From: Hemiscyllium ocellatum
Taxonomy: Eukaryota
DNA length: 64,000 nucleotides
Assembly (NCBI RefSeq): GCF_020745735.1
Contig: NC_083435.1
Coordinates: 26,535,231-26,599,230, forward strand
Reading direction: 5' to 3'
Part shown: in pieces, positions 61,567-64,000 of the stretch
Numbering within the stretch: the stretch's first letter is position 1
Layout of the letters: the number at the start of each line of letters is the position of its first letter
The notes under the pieces: generated by a model
What the model was told of the DNA's origin: nothing
Seen by the model: only the letters and a program-made list of their open reading frames with translations
Database searches by the model: none
Position numbers and translations under genes: made by a program

Positions 61567-64000
61567 CTATCAGGTGAATTTGCATTTGCAGAATTGTTTT
61601 GGCAGACATGTTGTATACTTTTGGAGCAAAATATAATCTGCAGGCAGTCGATCCATATCACCTAAAGTTATCTCGAGAATGTGACTTCAAAGAAATTCTG
61701 GCATTTTCATATTAATGAATCAAAACCTATAACCCACGCTGAAAGATGAAAGACTTAACAGCAATCTTGGTTTGTTCAGTATATTGTTTCAGTTGTATGA
61801 TGCTGTGATCTTTTGCTATAAATTCTGTATCTTGTCTCACAGCTCCCTGATGAAAGAGCAACGCTTCGAAAGATAGTGCTTCCAAATAAATGTGCTGGTC
61901 CATAACCTGGTGTTGTATGATTTTTAACTTTGTCCACCCCAGTCCTATGCCAGCACCTCCACATCATCTGCAATAAGAAAGAGTCTAACCATCAGCCTTT
62001 GACCATCAATAGCTTTACCATCACTGAATCCCACTATCAACCTCTGAGGGGTTACTATTAATCTGAACCTGAACTGGACTGAACATATAATACAGTGGCT
62101 ACAAGGGCAAGTTAGAGGCAAAGCATACTGCAACATGCAACTCACCTCTGACTCACCAAAGCCAGTTCACCATCAAGAATGCACAATTCAGGAGTGTGAT
62201 GTAATACTCCTGACTTACCTATATGTGTGGAATTCCAGCAACACTGATCAAGTTTGACACCATCCAAGACAATGCATTGACACCAGATTCATAACTAATT
62301 AGCTACTCCGCAAGTGACACTCAGTAGCAGCAGTCCATACTGTTTACAAGATGCACTGTGAACCTTCAACACAACACTTAGACAATGCCCTCCACATCAA
62401 TGTCCATGACCTCCCAGAAGGATAAGGGCAGCAGATACTGGGAAAACCACCATCTACATGATATCCTCCAAACTACTCACCATCCCAGCTTGGAAATATA
62501 TCTCTATTCATCAGTGTCAGTGGGTCACAACCCTGGAATTCTCCATGAGTGTGGCCAGAGCCCACATTGGTCAGAGCCCTTGAAGATTCTGGCCACAGAA
62601 ACTGACAGACAAATGCCTTACTCATATCAATCCAATGAGATGTATGATGGTGGCCCTGAGGCCGTACTGGGAGATTACCAGAGGTTACGGTTCATGGACC
62701 AAACCTACAAAATCAATGAGTGTGATTTCCCTCTCCATCAGCTGATAACATGTGACAATTCCACCAGCTCCGCACACCATTGTGCAGAAGTTGCTGTTTG
62801 AGAGAGTGGATGGAATTGTGCAGAAAATCCCACATACTTCTGTTTCCAGGTGAAGACCAACCATCCAACGTTCATGGTAACACCAACTGTTACACTAACA
62901 GAATATTCAGCAAAAATGCCAGCCTGGCAATGAAAGACACCATCTCTGCACAGGTCTCCCATCAGAATACCCTGGACAGAGAACACTCCTGCCTGACATT
63001 TCTATAGGGCTTTCCTTTCCAGCGGAAGCACTGCCAAAGCTGCAGATACTGTGTGCACAGTTCATGAGCCACCTGGTGGGCTTAGTGAACAAAGGCCACA
63101 GGTGGATACAGTAAGGGAGTGTGGAGCAGCAACCACTGTAACTTTGTAAACAGTAACAATAACTAACTCACCTCTGCCTCACTGACATTCCATGATTTCC
63201 ACAGAAAGGTGTGGGATATCATTCAGGAATGTCCAGCAGGAATTCAGGCAGTACTATCTTTGAGACTGACCGCTGCTTTCCATCTCTACGCAATGATGAT
63301 GGGTTACCCTTTCAGTGTAAATGGGGTAATGTTTGAAGTAATGTTTGCAGCATTTGAAGCTGGATGTGAAAGCTAAACATTGGCAAAGTACTTACATCTC
63401 AGAGTGAGAGTCGTTGCCATAAAATGAGAACACCTGAACAAGTGAGGGAAATCACAGAAACAGAGGACGAATGACATTCAACCTTTTAACTCTGCTCCAC
63501 CATTCAAAATGATCATGGCTGATTGTCCAACTCAGGACCCTATTTCCATTTTTGCCCTATCCACTTTTATTCATTTCATCCTAAGAGCTGTACCTAACCT
63601 TTTCCTCCAAATATTTAGTGTGACAGAGGCTCACCACTCTCTGGATGAAGACATCTCTCCTCATCTCAGTTCAAAATGGCCTCCCTCACATCCTTAGACT
63701 GTGATCCATGGTGTGGACTCCTTGGTCATTGGGATGTACCCTGCATTTACCCTATCTTGTCCTGGGTTTCCATGAGATCTCAGTCCTCAATCTTCTAACC
63801 CCTACTGCAAAACGTCCTAACCCATCCAATCTCTCTCATATGTCTGTCCTGGTATCCCTGGAATTGATCTGGTAAATGTTTGTTGCTCTCCCTCCATCAG
63901 CAGAATATCCTTCCTCTGATAACATGACCAAAACTGGATACAATATTCGCAGTGTGGTATCACCAAATGTCTGTACAATTGCAGCAAGACGTCGTTGCTC

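Larger units (their letters stand above)
46905..64000 (+). repeat. Second copy of the higher-order block (unit A' plus upstream part of B'), matching 1-17052
   Basis: The offset is about 46.9 kb (ORF 276..476 equals 47180..47380). A-specific indels are shared by A'; the window ends at gtcgttgctc, matching 17043-17052. Confidence 0.9.

Noticed and set aside
1-64000. Prokaryotic systems (CRISPR arrays, operons, defence islands, rRNA/tRNA genes)
   Set aside because: The exon-intron genes and vertebrate retroelements show this is eukaryotic DNA. There is no short repeat-spacer array, and the only tRNA-like sequence is the SINE head.

Overview
Eukaryotic genomic DNA from a cartilaginous fish, almost certainly a shark (inferred from an elasmobranch HE1/V-type tRNA SINE, CR1 LINE debris and shark-like MHC sequences). 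It is not prokaryotic: there are no operons, rRNA genes or CRISPR arrays. The window is a head-to-tail tandem array of MHC class I heavy-chain-like genes, all on the + strand, in 12-20 kb units: A 1-12375, B 12376-26810, C 26811-46904, A' 46905-59271, and a partial B' 59272-64000. Positions 1-17052 recur at 46905-64000, so the array appears to be a ~46.9 kb three-gene (A-B-C) higher-order repeat. Genes B and C are complete 7-exon membrane-bound class I genes (342 aa) with non-classical groove residues. Genes A and A' keep an open frame, canonical splice sites and an intact S-X-Y promoter. However, they carry an in-frame 57-nt deletion of the alpha2 helix (including Cys164) and a ~1.86 kb deletion of the transmembrane and first cytoplasmic exons. 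They could therefore encode a secreted class I-like protein, or one re-anchored by a cryptic hydrophobic exon that is in frame only in A/A', or they could be early pseudogenes. Unit C also carries a full-length but disabled L1 (15-bp TSD, with empty sites visible in the sister units), a young SINE, and a short Penelope-type insert with a hammerhead-like motif. All alignments were done by eye, without database searches, so lineage assignment (UBA/UCA/UDA etc.) is left open.
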